A stretch of 64,000 nucleotides of DNA from Octopus sinensis (Eukaryota), in the NCBI RefSeq assembly GCF_006345805.1, contig NC_043007.1, positions 68,572,001 to 68,636,000 of the forward strand. The letters are read 5' to 3'. The translations under genes were made by a program, and so were the position numbers. The notes below the pieces were generated by a model. It saw nothing but the letters and a program-made list of their open reading frames with translations, made no database searches and was not told the DNA's origin. Every line of letters starts with the position of its first letter. Position 1 is the stretch's first letter. Below are positions 1 to 14,017 of this stretch, one piece after another.

Positions 1-105
1 TGTATATTCTAACTTTTCAGACCACTGCGCAGACGCAGATTATACCCGGCGACAGACAGGATGCCGGTAAAAATTTCGAACAAATTTATCAGAGAATATT
101 TAAAC

Positions 106-582
106 ATAATAAATAACAATAGAGTAATAAGAAATTATTATTACCAATAGCCTAGCACAAAAACGAATTAGTCATTAGACTATATATTATCCACATAGAA
201 ATACAATAAGAGGCTTCCAAATAGAAAAGCCTTGTGCTAGAAAGAGCAGTAGAAAACTGAAATCCACCAAATAAAGATAAATTTTCGAAAGGAATGAAAA
301 TTAAAACCGTTTACCATCAGCAAATATTTTTTGCTGGAAATAGTTAGAAACCATGGTCTGGGAAATAATTGAGATGGTAAACGTTTTTAATTTTCATTCC
401 TTTCGAAAATTTATCTTTATTTGGTGGTTTTGAGTTTTCCACTGCTCTTTCTAGCACAAGGCTTTCCTATTTGGAAGCCTCTTATTGTATTTCTATGTGA
501 ATAATATATAGTCTAATGACTAATTCGTTTTTCTGCTAGGCCACTCGAAATAATTTCTTATTACCCTATTGTTATTTATTAT
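106..582. repeat. Long inverted repeat (foldback), arms about 210 bp, spacer 54 bp
   Basis: 106-318 is the reverse complement of 373-582 with scattered mismatches, e.g. aaataaagataaattttcgaaaggaatgaaaattaaaa versus ttttaattttcattcctttcgaaaatttatctttattt. Confidence 0.95.
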
Positions 583-1069
583 ATACGTATATATATGATC
601 AGACAAACTCCAAGAAGCTTGTTTTGGTCTTTCTCAGCAAGGTGTACATAGTAAAATCGATATAAAGAGCACAATGACCTTTATGTGAGAGTAAAAATCT
701 GACGCTTCAAACCTCAATCTTCGTCAGGGAAGAAATTGTGGAATAAATGAGATTGCAAAGTTTTTTGCAAGTTAAAAAACCTTTCGTTATCCTCCAACTC
801 TTCTCTCACCTCATCATCTTCCATCACATCACTTTCGACTTTACATTTTACTGTCATTCTTGTTTTATTCTTACACTTGTTCTTCATGTATGAAACTTAC
901 GTGGTCCTCTGTTCCTTATTAGTGGAAGACAGAATTTTAAGCTTGATGATGTGAAACTCTACTGTCTCGCATGTAGTTCTCTCCTTTCAAACTTTCCCTA
1001 CAGATGGAGTCACCAAGACGTTGCTTGTCACTCTTCTGGCACGTTTATTGTACTCTGCCTATCTATTTT

Positions 1070-1325
<256 letters not shown>

Positions 1326-1389
1326 GATATCTATACATATAAAAACGTGATTATGTCTGTATGCTTGTCCAGCAAAATGAAAGTAAATG

Positions 1390-1800
1390 GTTCAGGGGAA
1401 GCTATTATGCTATAGCCTAATTTGTCTCAACAAAATTTATGCATTGGTACAACACTAATTGTGCAGAAACTTATGACAAACTGCATTGAAGTAAATATTA
1501 TCACTGGTTGTTCTAAAATTGACACCGTCTTCATTCCTCGCATAGTAGTTATATCATCTAATGTCCCATCCAATTTTAGCGGTTACAGTTTCCTATCCCA
1601 CTTTCTTTTGTCATGAGCATTAATAAAACTCATTGCTAAACACTAAAAGTTGCTGGGTTTCAACTTGATGAACCATGTTTTTCACATGGCCAGCTTTATG
1701 TAGGAGCATCACATATGGGAGCAAAAGCAAATCTTTTTGCCCATGCACCCCGAAATAAAAGAAAAATTGTTTTTAAAGAAATAGTCACTCTTAATGTAAC
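1390..1800 (+). pseudogene. Helitron RepHel Pif1-like helicase C-terminal remnant
   Basis: Frameshifted translation NLSQQNLCIGTTLIVQKLMTNCIEVNIITGC..VFIPRI...RLQFPI.LSFVMSINK...TLKVAGFQLDEPCFSHGQLYVGAS matches the conserved Helitron helicase end (LCNGTRL, FIPRI, QFP, FAMSINK, FSHGQLYV). Confidence 0.9.
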
Positions 1801-2880
1801 AGTAATACTTCAATAACTTAACGTGTATGACATGGATCTTTTTCTACTTCCATTATTACATGATTTCTCTATTAAAATACACACATACCGGAGTAAATCT
1901 AAATCTCTATGGGTAGTGTCATCCTGGTTCAGATTTGAAACTGAATATTTCGATTCTCCTTCACCATAGGCCTGATCAAATGTCAAAAGAAACCGTGATA
2001 AATGTGTGTTCTACTTGACCCGAGGCCTTTTCAGTGCCATCGCACAGTCACCTGCATTACGTAATGCTATTTTTCTATATGATATAACTAATTTTCTTCC
2101 TCCATTCACGTTGAAACTGAATCTTTGAATTCTCATTCTTCAATTATTAGATGTTTTTGAGAACCATCCTTTTCACATGGCCAACATTACGTAGGAGCAT
2201 CAACTGTGGGAGCAAAAGCAACTCTTTTTGCCTATGCACTCCGAAATAAAACAAAAAACCATTGTTTATACAGAAATATTCACTCTTAATGCAACATGAA
2301 TACTTCCTTAACTGAATTTGCTATTACTATCTTTACATTCAAGAATGACTAAATTACCTATTTAAATGAACTGTATTATATAATTGCCATTACTGTATTG
2401 ATGTATAAAATAACGCATACAACTCATTTATTATTGTCATAAAATAAACAAACAGAAGTTCGTGTATGAAATCCCTCTTTTTTCTACTTCAATTATGACA
2501 GGTTTTTCTCTTATAACATACATACAGGAAGAGTAATTCTAAACCTCTAGTGGTCGTCTCACCCTGGATTCGAAACTGAATATTTCTATTCTCCTTCGCC
2601 ATAGGCCTATTCAAATGGATGTTCTACTTGACCTGAGGTCTTTATGTAGGAGCATCACGTGTGGGAGCAGAAGCAAATCGTTTTGCTTGTGCACGACGAA
2701 ATAAAACAAAAAAAAAAAACATTGTTTGTAAAGAAATATTCACTCTTACTGCAACATGAATACTTCAATAACTTAATTTACCATTACTGTCATTACATTC
2801 AAGAATGAAATCGATCGTTTTTCCACTTCAGTTATTACATATTTTTCTCTTATTAAAATACACATATACAGGAGTAAATT
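1660..2880 (+). repeat. Diverged tandem triplication (about 490 bp unit) of Helitron helicase end plus 3' flank
   Basis: The motif gtaggagcatc..gggagcaaaagcaa..aaataaaa..cactcttaatg recurs at about 1698, 2190 and 2646. Downstream gaaactgaatattt..ttctccttc.ccataggcct recurs at about 1937 and 2572. Confidence 0.85.
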
Positions 2881-3584
2881 ATATATATATATATATATGT
2901 AATAATGATACTTTGAATGTGGCTCCCGAGAATCAGTAAAAGTAATTACACGATCAACGAAGAGTATTACTGCTAATATATATATATATATATATATGTG
3001 GCGGGTTTCCTTTCAGTTTCTAGAGCCATTAATCCACCCGGGGATATAACAAAGGACACTTGTGCAAATTGCCGCACAGAAGAAGTGCTATCAAAAGCGA
3101 TGTATTAAACTACACAGTGTAGCCTATCATTTCAGAATTGAAGTTCAATTTTACTTGCTTGAAACTTACATATAATATAATGATGTAAGGGAAATGATGA
3201 CATGAAATACAGGAACAAGTGGGGGATATCTTCGCTTACCAAGCTAGACGCTTTCAGCGAAATTTAAATAAATTTAAATGTTTTTTACCGGTAACTTGCA
3301 TTCGGTGTTGTAAGATTTTGCTTATTTCGACTAACGTCAGAATCGGTGACTAAAATTTCCCGTACATTTACTTCCTTCCTGATTCAAAATGTTTTCGAAA
3401 TTTTCTTGTCATGAATGCAATATTTTTTTTTGCATCATTCACTTCTCTAACTGTTTTCAACAATTTGAATTGTTTGGTTGTTATGTCTCTCTAGAAATAC
3501 AAGAACTTATTTAATGTTCAATACAAATCAGTAGATGTAGATTCGAATCTTGTGAAAATTTAGTATTTTCAATTACATTGCTGA

Positions 3585-3876
3585 GTGGAGGCACATGACC
3601 TAGTGGTTAGAGGAATGGATTCGCGGTCGAGGGGTCTCAGGTTCGAATCTCAGACTGGTCGATGTGTGAGTTTATGAACGAAATACCTAAGCTCCATGCG
3701 GCTCCGGCAGAGGGTAATGGCGAACTTCTGCTGACTCTTTCGCCACAACTCACTCTTGTCTCCTGCATGCAGCACACCTGCGACGGACCAGTGTCCCGTC
3801 CAGGTAGGGAACCTATACGCCAAGTAAACCGGGAAACCGGACCTTATGAGCCATACATGATTCGAGAAGGAACAAA
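3585..3876 (+). mobile_element. tRNA-derived SINE with 15-bp target site duplication
   Basis: A-box-like tgacctagtgg and B-box ggttcgaatc; perfect flanking repeat caattacattgctga at 3570-3584 and 3877-3891. Confidence 0.92.
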
Positions 3877-4014
3877 CAATTACATTGCTGAAAAGTAGTT
3901 TTCTTTCCCCAATCATCTGTATCAATATTTAATGTAAAGCGTCAGGTAAATATATGAATCTATTTAAAATTATGTTATGCATAAGTTTGATTTAAATTCA
4001 CTAATAATATGAAT

Positions 4015-4234
4015 ATCGATTTCGAATTTTGGCACAAGTCCAGCAATTTTGAGGGGGCAGGGTAAGCTGATTACATCGACCCGAGTATTCAACTGGCACT
4101 TGTTTTATGGACCACGAAATGATAAAAGGCAAATTTGACCTAGGCGGAATTTGAACTTAGGAACGTAAAGACGGACGCAATGCCGTTATGCATGTTTCCC
4201 GGTGTGCTAACGATTGTGCCAGCTCGTCACTTTA
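4015..4234 (-). mobile_element. SINE family A (taaggcggcgagctggcagaa head; gccgaggtcgactttgcctttcatcc core)
   Basis: Reverse complement aligns with the copies at 18944, 32410, 40862 and 42253. Confidence 0.85.
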
Positions 4235-4777
4235 CGAATGCAACAAAAAGAAAGATGAAAAATCAGTATAGAATAATTAATTATAGCTAGGTTTTAACCG
4301 TCAGCTAAAAGCTCATATTGAAAGCTTTACTTTAAGGACTACAAATGAAATTAATGATAAAAAACTGGTAGCAATATCTCATTTTCATAAATGCAACACA
4401 TAATATTAAAATTTAAAACGACTTATATCTGCTGCATGTGTGATATACTGAGTAATAAATAACTACTGATTCCGAATAGAAAAATACTTCTAGACAGGGA
4501 ATATATTTGCAAAAATCTATGATGTAGACTCTGTCTTTATTCAGTAATATACACACCTTTGATCAGATCACTATAAGGGGTCAAAATCAATTACAGCTGA
4601 TCATCGATTTTTTTTTAATTTGAGGAAAATAGGTAAATTTGACGTGTGATTGTCTACTAGATAAGTGTGTGTGTGTGAGTGTGTGTGTGTTTGTATGTAT
4701 GTTTGTATGTATGTTTGTATGTATGTATGTGTATAAATACATACATGCATACATACATACATACATACATACATACA

Positions 4778-4813
<36 letters not shown>

Positions 4814-5112
4814 TGTATATATATATATATATATATTTCCTGAAAATAAACACAACGATAACTCCATGCAATATAAACATAACGTCACAAGAAATTTGAA
4901 AAGCTACACGCGAAACCGGTAATTTCTTTAAAAATTTTAAAATTATGTCATTTTAAGGAAAGGAAAAAAATTTTTCCAATATTCTCCAGACATTTTGACA
5001 CAAATATATATATTTTTTAACATTTAAGCCTTCTGTCGTTTTTTCACACTTTACTATTTTCTTATATATTCACCCACGTGCTTTACCAAACAAACTTTCT
5101 TATCTATATATA

Positions 5113-5180
<68 letters not shown>

Positions 5181-5397
5181 GTATGAATTTAAAAATTAAT
5201 CAAAGGACGTACTAAGTATGTCTACCTGCTGGAAATAACAGCCAATACTTTTATTTAAATCGCCAAAATACACTGATAATAACGGGCTGAGAAATCTCTC
5301 GGCATACATTCAAATATTTGGACTCACGTGGACTGTTTTCTGGACTAGTATAATAACCTCACCTTCCTTAGCACGCGTTATCATGATATAAAGCCCT

Positions 5398-5680
5398 AAC
5401 CCGTCATGTTGAAATCTGTGCTGCAAATGATTCGTTTTGCACCGAAGCATGGCAGCTACTAATGTGAAAACAATTTCAATACGGAGCAAATAATTCACGA
5501 GAAAATAATTTGTGAAGATATCATTGGCTCTGTTATCTAGTGTAAGAATGTTAAAATGATAATAACAGAATCCATAATGTAGGCGATTGCAGGCCCCCCA
5601 AAAACAACTTATCTTTTCGTGAATTATTTTCTCAGTATTGAAATTGTTTTCACACTGGTGGCTGCCATGATTCAACGGGT
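5398..5680. mobile_element. MITE-like foldback element
   Basis: 5448-5513 is the reverse complement of 5604-5669 (catggcagc..tgtgaaaacaatttcaatac.gag.aaataattcacga); weak extension to aacccg/cgggtt; no TSD identified. Confidence 0.65.
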
Positions 5681-5689
5681 TTTTCACAA

Positions 5690-6290
5690 ACTGTCCGCGT
5701 GTAGTCGCGCACAGAAAGTGAACGAGTGCTTTTCTTTGGTGTCACGTCCCATGAATGTACCTTTTTTGGATTGAATAGTGACTGTTGACGAAAAGTTGAT
5801 TCTCTATAAAGATGTTAAGCGCCAAGACAGTGGGTAGGGAAATGTGAAATATCGCAGCCCATATTAAAGAAGGTTTCCATCCACGTAAGGTGTTATCTGT
5901 TTTTGTGGGATATGAAAGATTTAGTCCACTTTGAACTTTTAAACCTAAACCAAACAATAACAAAGGAGATCTACTGCGAGTAGTTTGAGCGGTTTAAGTC
6001 AGTGCTAGAAGAAAAATTACCATCTTTGGTTTCAAGAGGAAAGGTTTACTTCCATCAGGATAATGCTCGGCCACATACAACGATGATGACATTCCAGAGG
6101 TTGAAGTAGTTTGAATGGTAAACAATGCCCCACACAACCATATTCGCCAGATATTGTCCCATCTGATTGTCATTTGTTACGCTGTCTTCAAAATCATTTG
6201 ACGGAAAAAATATGAATTCTATAGACTAGGTACAACAGTAGTGGAGGAGTATTTTTCGTCACGGAAAAGTGAATTTTGGATGGTGGGGAG
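5690..6290 (+). pseudogene. Mariner transposase catalytic half (DD34D), decayed
   Basis: IVTVDEK, FHPRKV..WD, VYFHQDNARPH and PYSPDIVPSD motifs with stops and frameshifts. Confidence 0.9.
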
Positions 6291-6824
6291 GGGCACCCAC
6301 CAATAGGAATTCAAGATGTAGAGTTTTAAATGAACCTTACTACAAGCAATAAGCCCTGAATAAGGAAATGTTATTCGATGGAGTTGAAAACAGACTGTTC
6401 CTACATCCCTTAATCTTTTCTGAAACGGCCATAGGTTTTTAACTGATTTTTATTTATAACGAAATTTTACCTTCATGATATATCGTATTACTGAACTCTA
6501 TTTATTTTCCCTCGAATACATGTATCTACAACGCATAATGGTTTTAATGTTCTTATATCTTATTTCATTTAAACTTTATATCTTCTTTTTAATATATTTT
6601 TTAATTATCTTTTATTACTTTTTATAGTTTGAATTTTTAATATAAACACATATCCCATCCAAGTCTTATAAATCACTGTAAGCACGATTTAATTTTCGGA
6701 TGTAAAGTACTGACAACTGGAATTTTTATCTTCTACATTTTTTTTTATAATTCCTTAGCTTATAAACGAGCACAAAAATCAGTTGCACTATACATGTAGT
6801 ATTGTCTCCATTAAAAATTATCTT

Positions 6825-6856
<32 letters not shown>

Positions 6857-7088
6857 ACAAATGAAAGACAGAAGATGGAATATACGAGAATATATTATTA
6901 ATCACAACAATTGTTTCGGCACATCTAATATCGACTCTTCTTGTAGGACACACAAAAACTGGTTCAGGATTATCCTTTTGAAATTACTTTTATTCATGGT
7001 CTAGGTTTTAACTGGCCTTTCTAGCATGTAAGGTGTTCTGCTAATGATCACCTCTTTCGTATATGAGTACGTAAATACTTTATACACT

Positions 7089-7132
<44 letters not shown>

Positions 7133-7494
7133 AAAATACAATAAGATATTATAATAATATATTTATATATTAAGATATATTAAATACATTATAATATAGG
7201 TTGGCGTAACAATTAAAACTAAAAAGATTAAATTAATAAAGGAGGGTGCAAAATAGCACCTGCAATTGCTAGAAATTATAGCTAAAATCTAACTCGAAAA
7301 GCCATACAAAAGTACAGCCTCATGAAAAATTCGGGAGTGCGAGTAGCAATTTACCTGTTTAGTCACCGACGCCTTAACAATGCAGCATCTCTCTCTCTCT
7401 CTCTCTTTCTCTCCCTCCTACACACATAAACATACCCATACATACGCATGCACGCACGCACATGCGCACGCACGCACATGCGCACGCACGCACA

Positions 7495-7536
<42 letters not shown>

Positions 7537-8549
7537 ACACACGTAGATAGGTAGCTAGATAGATATGTATGTATATAACGAATTCCACTCAGCTTCCGTC
7601 GACCAGTTTCACTTATCAGGCACTGGGCAGCTCGAGACGATATTCGAGGCTCTTACTCGATGTTTGAATGAAGCCTAAACCGCGATGTTGTGAAACGGAC
7701 GTTTTAACCACGCAGCCATACTTTAGGGGAAAATGTAGCCAGTCGTCTTAATTTTCACATATTTGGATATTGATCATAAAGACGCAATCGTTATTTCTAT
7801 TATAGTTTCTATCTTATGTTGCTTTTTTTTCTCTCTTTCTTATTGTTGCTTAGCAGGTCAAGCGACCACGTAGATGACGTAATATGGTAAATGGTGGAAT
7901 ATTATATGAATATTTGTGAGCCTTGCACTGAATATTCCTCAAATGACACATTTAGTTTTCAGTTTTGATAAATTAAAATGTCCGAAGTTACATGAAATTT
8001 TGTACGCAAGCAACGTTTTAGAAGTTCTCTTTGAGCAGTTTGCTGTAGAATCAGACACTCAAGCTACTGAGGAAGTTTACATGCATACTGGCATCCATTC
8101 CTCTTGTCGTTGGCGACAAACATATAATAATAGACTCCGTTTCAATTAATTAACTTCTGATAGTAGACTATTTCACTGTTTGTCAATGAAGCCTTATATT
8201 AACCAATTCCCAAAGCGATTCGGGCCGTTTATTGACAATAAGGACTGACAACAATTGCAGCATTCCGCTGCATTATCCAATCATACATTTCAATATTCCC
8301 TTATGGAATCCTAAATATTTACTTAACTTGCCAGTGATCTTTGAGATGGTAACGTATCAATTTACACAGAGCCATTGTTCTTTGTAGACATTACTAAATC
8401 GCCCTTCTCTCACGCCAACTCTTTCAGTCTCTGTATATCTGTTGTCTCCAAAATGGTGTGACTCTTAACATGCATTGCATATCTACTCATTTATTGATGA
8501 AGTAGAAATATAAAACAATGAAAATGAATTTATATTAATGCATTGTTAT

Positions 8550-8638
<89 letters not shown>

Positions 8639-8780
8639 CATATATGTATGTATATGTAAATGAGAAAAAAGATAAAGAGAGAGAACTGCATATATATGTA
8701 TTATATATGATATATATATGCATACATTATGCATACATGTATATATACGCGTGTGCGCGTGTGAGTGTGTGTGTTGCGTG

Positions 8781-8817
<37 letters not shown>

Positions 8818-9190
8818 TTTATATTCTTATGTATCATTACAAAATAACTCTGTTCTCTACGACATTATTATTAAACAGCAAAAATCCTGGAAATCTACTG
8901 TCCTTTTCATTAATAGAGTTACGCATGTGCGGTTGATATATCTGCCTGAAATAGCAGCCAAATTCCATTTAATTGATGCGCTAATAAAGATATCATTACG
9001 AAATACACAATCTTTAGTTCTTAAAACTAACATGGGTTGGTTAAGGCTTAACTGACTTCGTTTGTAGATGTATTTGATCGGGGCCGATTTGGAGTCAACA
9101 ACACTGCCGCCGGTATAATAATAATAATAACAACAACAACAACAACAACAGCAACAACAACAATAATAACAATAATAATAATAATAATAA

Positions 9191-11119
9191 CTAACTTTGA
9201 ACAGTGACAATGAATCCCTAAATGCTGGTGATGTAAAAATTTCATGTGGCATTTTCCAGGGTGACTCACTGTCACCATTCCTCTTTTGTTTAGCCTTAAT
9301 ACCGCTCTCAAAACTGCTCAATGACGCGCAGTACGGGTATAACATGTTTGATAAAAATATAAATCATCTCATTTACATCGATGATTTAAAGCTTTTTGCA
9401 AAAAAATCCAACAACTCAAGGGCTTACTAGCGATAGTCAAACAATTTAGTGACGACATCAGAATGCAATTTGGCCTCGATAAATGTGCAAAAGCTACCTT
9501 TATCAAAGGAAAAATGACAGAAACATCTAACGTTAACATTGACCAGCAGAATGTCATAAAAGAACTAGACCCACCGGAGAGCTACAAGTACCTAGGGGTA
9601 ATTGAAGGGGACGGAATAAGGCTTTCAGAGATGAAGGAAAGGATCAGGAGAGAATGTTATCGAAGAGTGAGAGCAATACTCAAGACAGAGCTGAATGCAA
9701 GAAACAGGATCGAAGCGATCAATGCATTAACCATACCAGTCGTGACTTACAGTTTCAATATCGTTAACTGGTCAATTACTGAAATATGTCAGCTTGACAG
9801 AAAAATAAGGAAACTGTTGACAATGCATAGAATGCGCCACACTAAGGCAGATACAGAACGACTTTATCTGCCAAGAAAAGAGGGAGGCCGTGGTCTTTTA
9901 CAACTGGCAATAACAATGAAGATTGCTACAATTGGCCTAGACACCTACCTGAAAAAGCCTGAGGACTGGATGTTAAAACTTGTCTCAAAACATGAAAACA
10001 AGAAAGCACCATACTCAATAACAAAACAGGCAAAGGAATATCTAAGTGAATTCCGAATACAACAAATTTCGGAATTAGAGATAGTCATACAAGAAACAAG
10101 CACAGAAAAAGCTAAGCGCATGAAAACCCGTGCCAAATCTGCGGCCTTAGATATTCAGAATAATAAATGGCAAGAAAAACCTCTCTATGGCAAATACCCA
10201 AAGAGAGCGAATAATACAGATATTGACAAAGCCCTGACCCATCAATGGCTAATGGCCTCTGGCTTAAAATCTGAAACAGAAGGGTTTATCATAGCAGCTC
10301 AAGATCAATGCCTACCAACAAGAAACTACCAGGCCAACATATTAAAGAACAGCAGTAGCCCAACATGTCGTGTATGTCTACAACAAAATGAAACCATTGA
10401 TCATGTTGTCTTCAAGTGCAGTCTTCTAGTGCCTACAGAGTACCTCAACAGGCATGATAGAGCTGCACAATATATTCACTGGGTAATTTGCAAAAACCTG
10501 GATTTGCCCCATGAAAAAAAATGGTGGGAACACAATCCACCTCTCCAGTGCTTGAAAATGACCACATCTCACTCCTCTGGAACTTCACCATTTAAACTGA
10601 CAGAAAGATTGATGAAAGCAGGCCAGACATCATATTGAAAGACTTCAGACAAAGAACATGCCTCCTCATTGATATGACTGTCCTAATCGATATAAACGTA
10701 TCTGTCAAGACCTACCAAAAACTGAGCAAATATAAAGATCTTGAAATAGAAATCAGCAAAATGTGGAAGCTGAAGACTAAAACAATACCTGTTGTCATAG
10801 GTTCCCTGGGAATGATAGCGAAAGAGGCTGATTGCTACCTAACTCAGATACCAGGAAACCCCAAAATGGCAGAAAGTCAAAAGATAGTGCTCATGGTAAC
10901 TGCTCATATCCTATGTAATCTCAAGGTTTAAAACAAACTTTTTTTAAAAAATTTATTTAATAGACATTCACTAGTACAACACCAAACCCCCCCCCCCCCA
11001 AATATGGCACACTAGGCATAACATCAACGGGAACTTCCAACCTGTTGTTTCTTGAGGTCTCTGGGTGAGACTTAGAGCCAACTTGTACAAACATAATGCA
11101 AAAGTCAAACATAGAATCA
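9191..11119 (+). mobile_element. 5'-truncated R4/Dong-clade non-LTR retrotransposon (RT, CCHC knuckle, RLE endonuclease)
   Basis: GIFQGDSLSP and YIDDLKLF (RT); CRVC..ETIDHVV.KC (knuckle); RPDI..KD..LLIDM..K.KYKDL (PD-(D/E)xK RLE); (TAA)n at both ends; a few frameshifts. Confidence 0.95.
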
Positions 11120-11134
11120 TAATAATAATAATAA

Positions 11135-11347
11135 TTTCTACTAAAGGCACAAAATTTGCAGTTTTGTGGGAGGGGACTAGCCGATTACATCGACCCCAGT
11201 GTTTCACTGGTACTTAATTTATCGACATCGAAAGAATGAAGGGCAAAGTCAACCTCGCCGGAATTTAAACTCGGAACGTAAAGATGGATGAAATGGCGCT
11301 AAACATTTTTCCTGGCGATCTAACAATTCTACCAGCTCGCCGCCTTA
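11135..11347 (-). mobile_element. SINE family A
   Basis: Reverse complement of family A head and core; its TTA tail is shared with the 3' end of the Dong element. Confidence 0.88.
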
Positions 11348-11809
11348 ACACAACCACAACCACCACCAACAAAAATAATTGCAAGAACACCAATAACAAC
11401 AACAACATTAACCACAGCCCACAGTTTCTGATTTAAGTACATGGCCATCAATCATGATTGGAGTGGCTAAGTCAATACCATTCCCCTCAGTACTTGAACT
11501 AGCACTATATTGCATCGACCCTTGAGGGATGAAAGTATTTGAACTCAGAACGTGAAGATCCAGAAGAAAACCCGTTATAAATTTTGTTCCAGGCTCTAAG
11601 GATGGGAATAAGTCTGAAAAGGCGAAGATATATGTAAAGGAGTTAAAGGTCAACAAGGATGAGGCGCAACAATATGAGATAGAAGAACCCAGTGTGAATG
11701 CAAAAGAAATTAAAAAACACAAGCCTAGTCAAATGCATTCTCAGAGCGAAGAAACAGATGGAAAAGTAAGGTATTGCATGGCAAACACCCAACAAAGCCA
11801 ACAATTCTG

Positions 11810-12320
11810 ATGTTGATACAAATATGATTCACCAACGTTTGCCTGTGCCTGGACTTAAATAAAAAAAATTAGATGACTTCCTCACAATAATTCACGATTA
11901 CTGTCAGCCCACCAGAGACTACTAAATAAGTAGTCTTTAAAATGGTACTGATCGTGCCTACCAGAAAAACAATTGACCACTTTATCTTTGATTATTTATG
12001 TTATTCTTAAATGCATATGTCAATCGCCATGGTAGACTTGATCAGTATTTGCACAGGAACTGATGCCGTAAGTCTGGACTCCCATATGTAAAGAACTGGT
12101 GGGAACATAAGTTTACTAAAGTTGTTGGAAATAAAGATATCTCAGTTCTTCAGGATTTCACAATTCAATATACAATTCAATATCTAATCTATTAGCCTGG
12201 TTAATCAGGCTAATAGAATAGATATTGTGATAAAAATCACGTTAACAATACATGCTTTACAGAATGCAGGCTGCAGCATCTGTAAAAGCATTTGAAACGT
12301 TAAATAAATACAAGGAAACC
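11810..12320 (+). pseudogene. Highly decayed R4/Dong remnant (knuckle-RLE region)
   Basis: Fragments RH.RLDQYLH, WWEH..KVVGNKDISVL.DFTIQ and ANRIDIVIK resemble the 9.2 kb copy. Confidence 0.65.
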
Positions 12321-13195
12321 CACAAAGTTTAAGAACTAGAAAAACCTAACTCTAATTACATACTGCAAATATGTTAAAATTAAAAAGCGTCCTAAAAAGA
12401 ACAAACAACAGGTAAATGATCAACCTTTAATGTCATAAATTTTATGATACATTTTACATTACACACACGTACATTTTCATGTTATCAGATAATGAAACAT
12501 GAGTTAACAATGCGCGGGTAATCATGTACAGAATTCTTCACAGAACATGAAAATTAATTGTGAAAGTCATATTGATAGCACAACATAATTTTAACATCAT
12601 CAGAGACAACGTAATGTTAACGAAAAAAGAATGCATTCATTGATTGTCGAATTAAAAATGAGGAAAACAGTTCACAATTAAAGACGTGGAAAACGGCGAA
12701 TCACACTAACGATGTTAATTAAATATAAAAAAAAATAAAGAAAATTAACGAAAGCCACAATATTCACCACATCTAAATTATCAACAATTGAAAAAGTCTG
12801 GAGACGAAGTTCGCCATAAAATTTTACTATCCCATATAAACAATAAAACATGCTTTGGAGTTAAATTATCTAAAGAACAGTCATGATATTATTGTAACAT
12901 GTTTAAAAGTTTAGTTCTTTCATATTTCTCGTCATATTTTTTCAATCAATCAGCCAATCGATAATTCAATGTCTGTCTGTCTGTCTGCCTGTCTGTCTGT
13001 CTATCTGCGTGTGTGTCTGTGTGTGTATGTGTGCGTGTGTCTGTGTGTCTGTACGACAATATAAATCCACGCACAAGACTTTGGTCGGCATAAGACTATA
13101 GTAAAAGACTGAAACGGTATAGTGGACTTGGGAACAATCTTCTTAATACACAAACACACACACACATACATGTATAATATATATACATACATATA

Positions 13196-13237
<42 letters not shown>

Positions 13238-13240
<3 letters not shown>

Positions 13241-13385
13241 CCTCCATCAAATGGTCATTACCTATACAGGTGCATCATGTACCACGAGTCAGATGACGAA
13301 ATGATTGCAAAGCGACGTGAAATGAAGTGGTTTGCTCAAGAACACAACGCAACGCGGGTCTCGGAATCAAACCCACAACCTCTCA
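13238..13385 (-). mobile_element. Partial inverted copy of the SINE at 13468
   Basis: Reverse complement is roughly 90% identical (by eye) to 13510-13658. Confidence 0.9.
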
Positions 13386-13423
13386 TATATATATATAAAA
13401 ATGTATATATATATATATAATAT

Positions 13424-13467
<44 letters not shown>

Positions 13468-13468
<1 letters not shown>

Positions 13469-13763
13469 GAAGGCGCATGGCTTAGCGGATAGGGTGTTGC
13501 ACTAACGATTGAGAGATTGTGGGTTTCATTCGGAGACCCGGCGTTGCGTGGTGTCGTTGAGCAAAGCACTTCATTTCACGTCGCTTTGCAATCATTTCGT
13601 CATCTAACTCGTGGTACATGATGCACCTGTACAGGTAATGACCATTTGATGGAGGGAATGATAATATGTGAACACAAACATTTGATCACTATAAACAAAA
13701 CATATGTGTGGTTGTTCAGCAAGAAATTGCCGCACCCAAATGCGTCGTCTAACGACGAGAGTC

Positions 13764-13770
<7 letters not shown>
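13468..13770 (+). mobile_element. tRNA-derived SINE
   Basis: gaaggcgcatggcttagcgg A-box-like head, degenerate B-box, ttgagcaaagcactt segment; bounded by TA arrays. Confidence 0.8.
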
Positions 13771-13801
<31 letters not shown>

Positions 13802-13971
13802 GAAGACAGCAGAAAGATTGGGTATTAGTCTTATGAGAAGAAAAAAATTGGGGAAAACAACCACAGAACTGTATTATTACCATAGAAAGATTATAATACT
13901 CAATTTTTCTGCTCACACGACTGTACAGCGTTCAAATTATTACCTTCGTATTTGTATAATGTATATATATA

Positions 13972-14012
<41 letters not shown>

Positions 14013-14017
<5 letters not shown>

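Noticed and set aside
7860-8420. Possible hAT transposase dimerisation-domain remnant on the minus strand
   Set aside because: Only a weak STANC-SKRT resemblance to the S(A)ERxFS motif; not supportable without a profile search.
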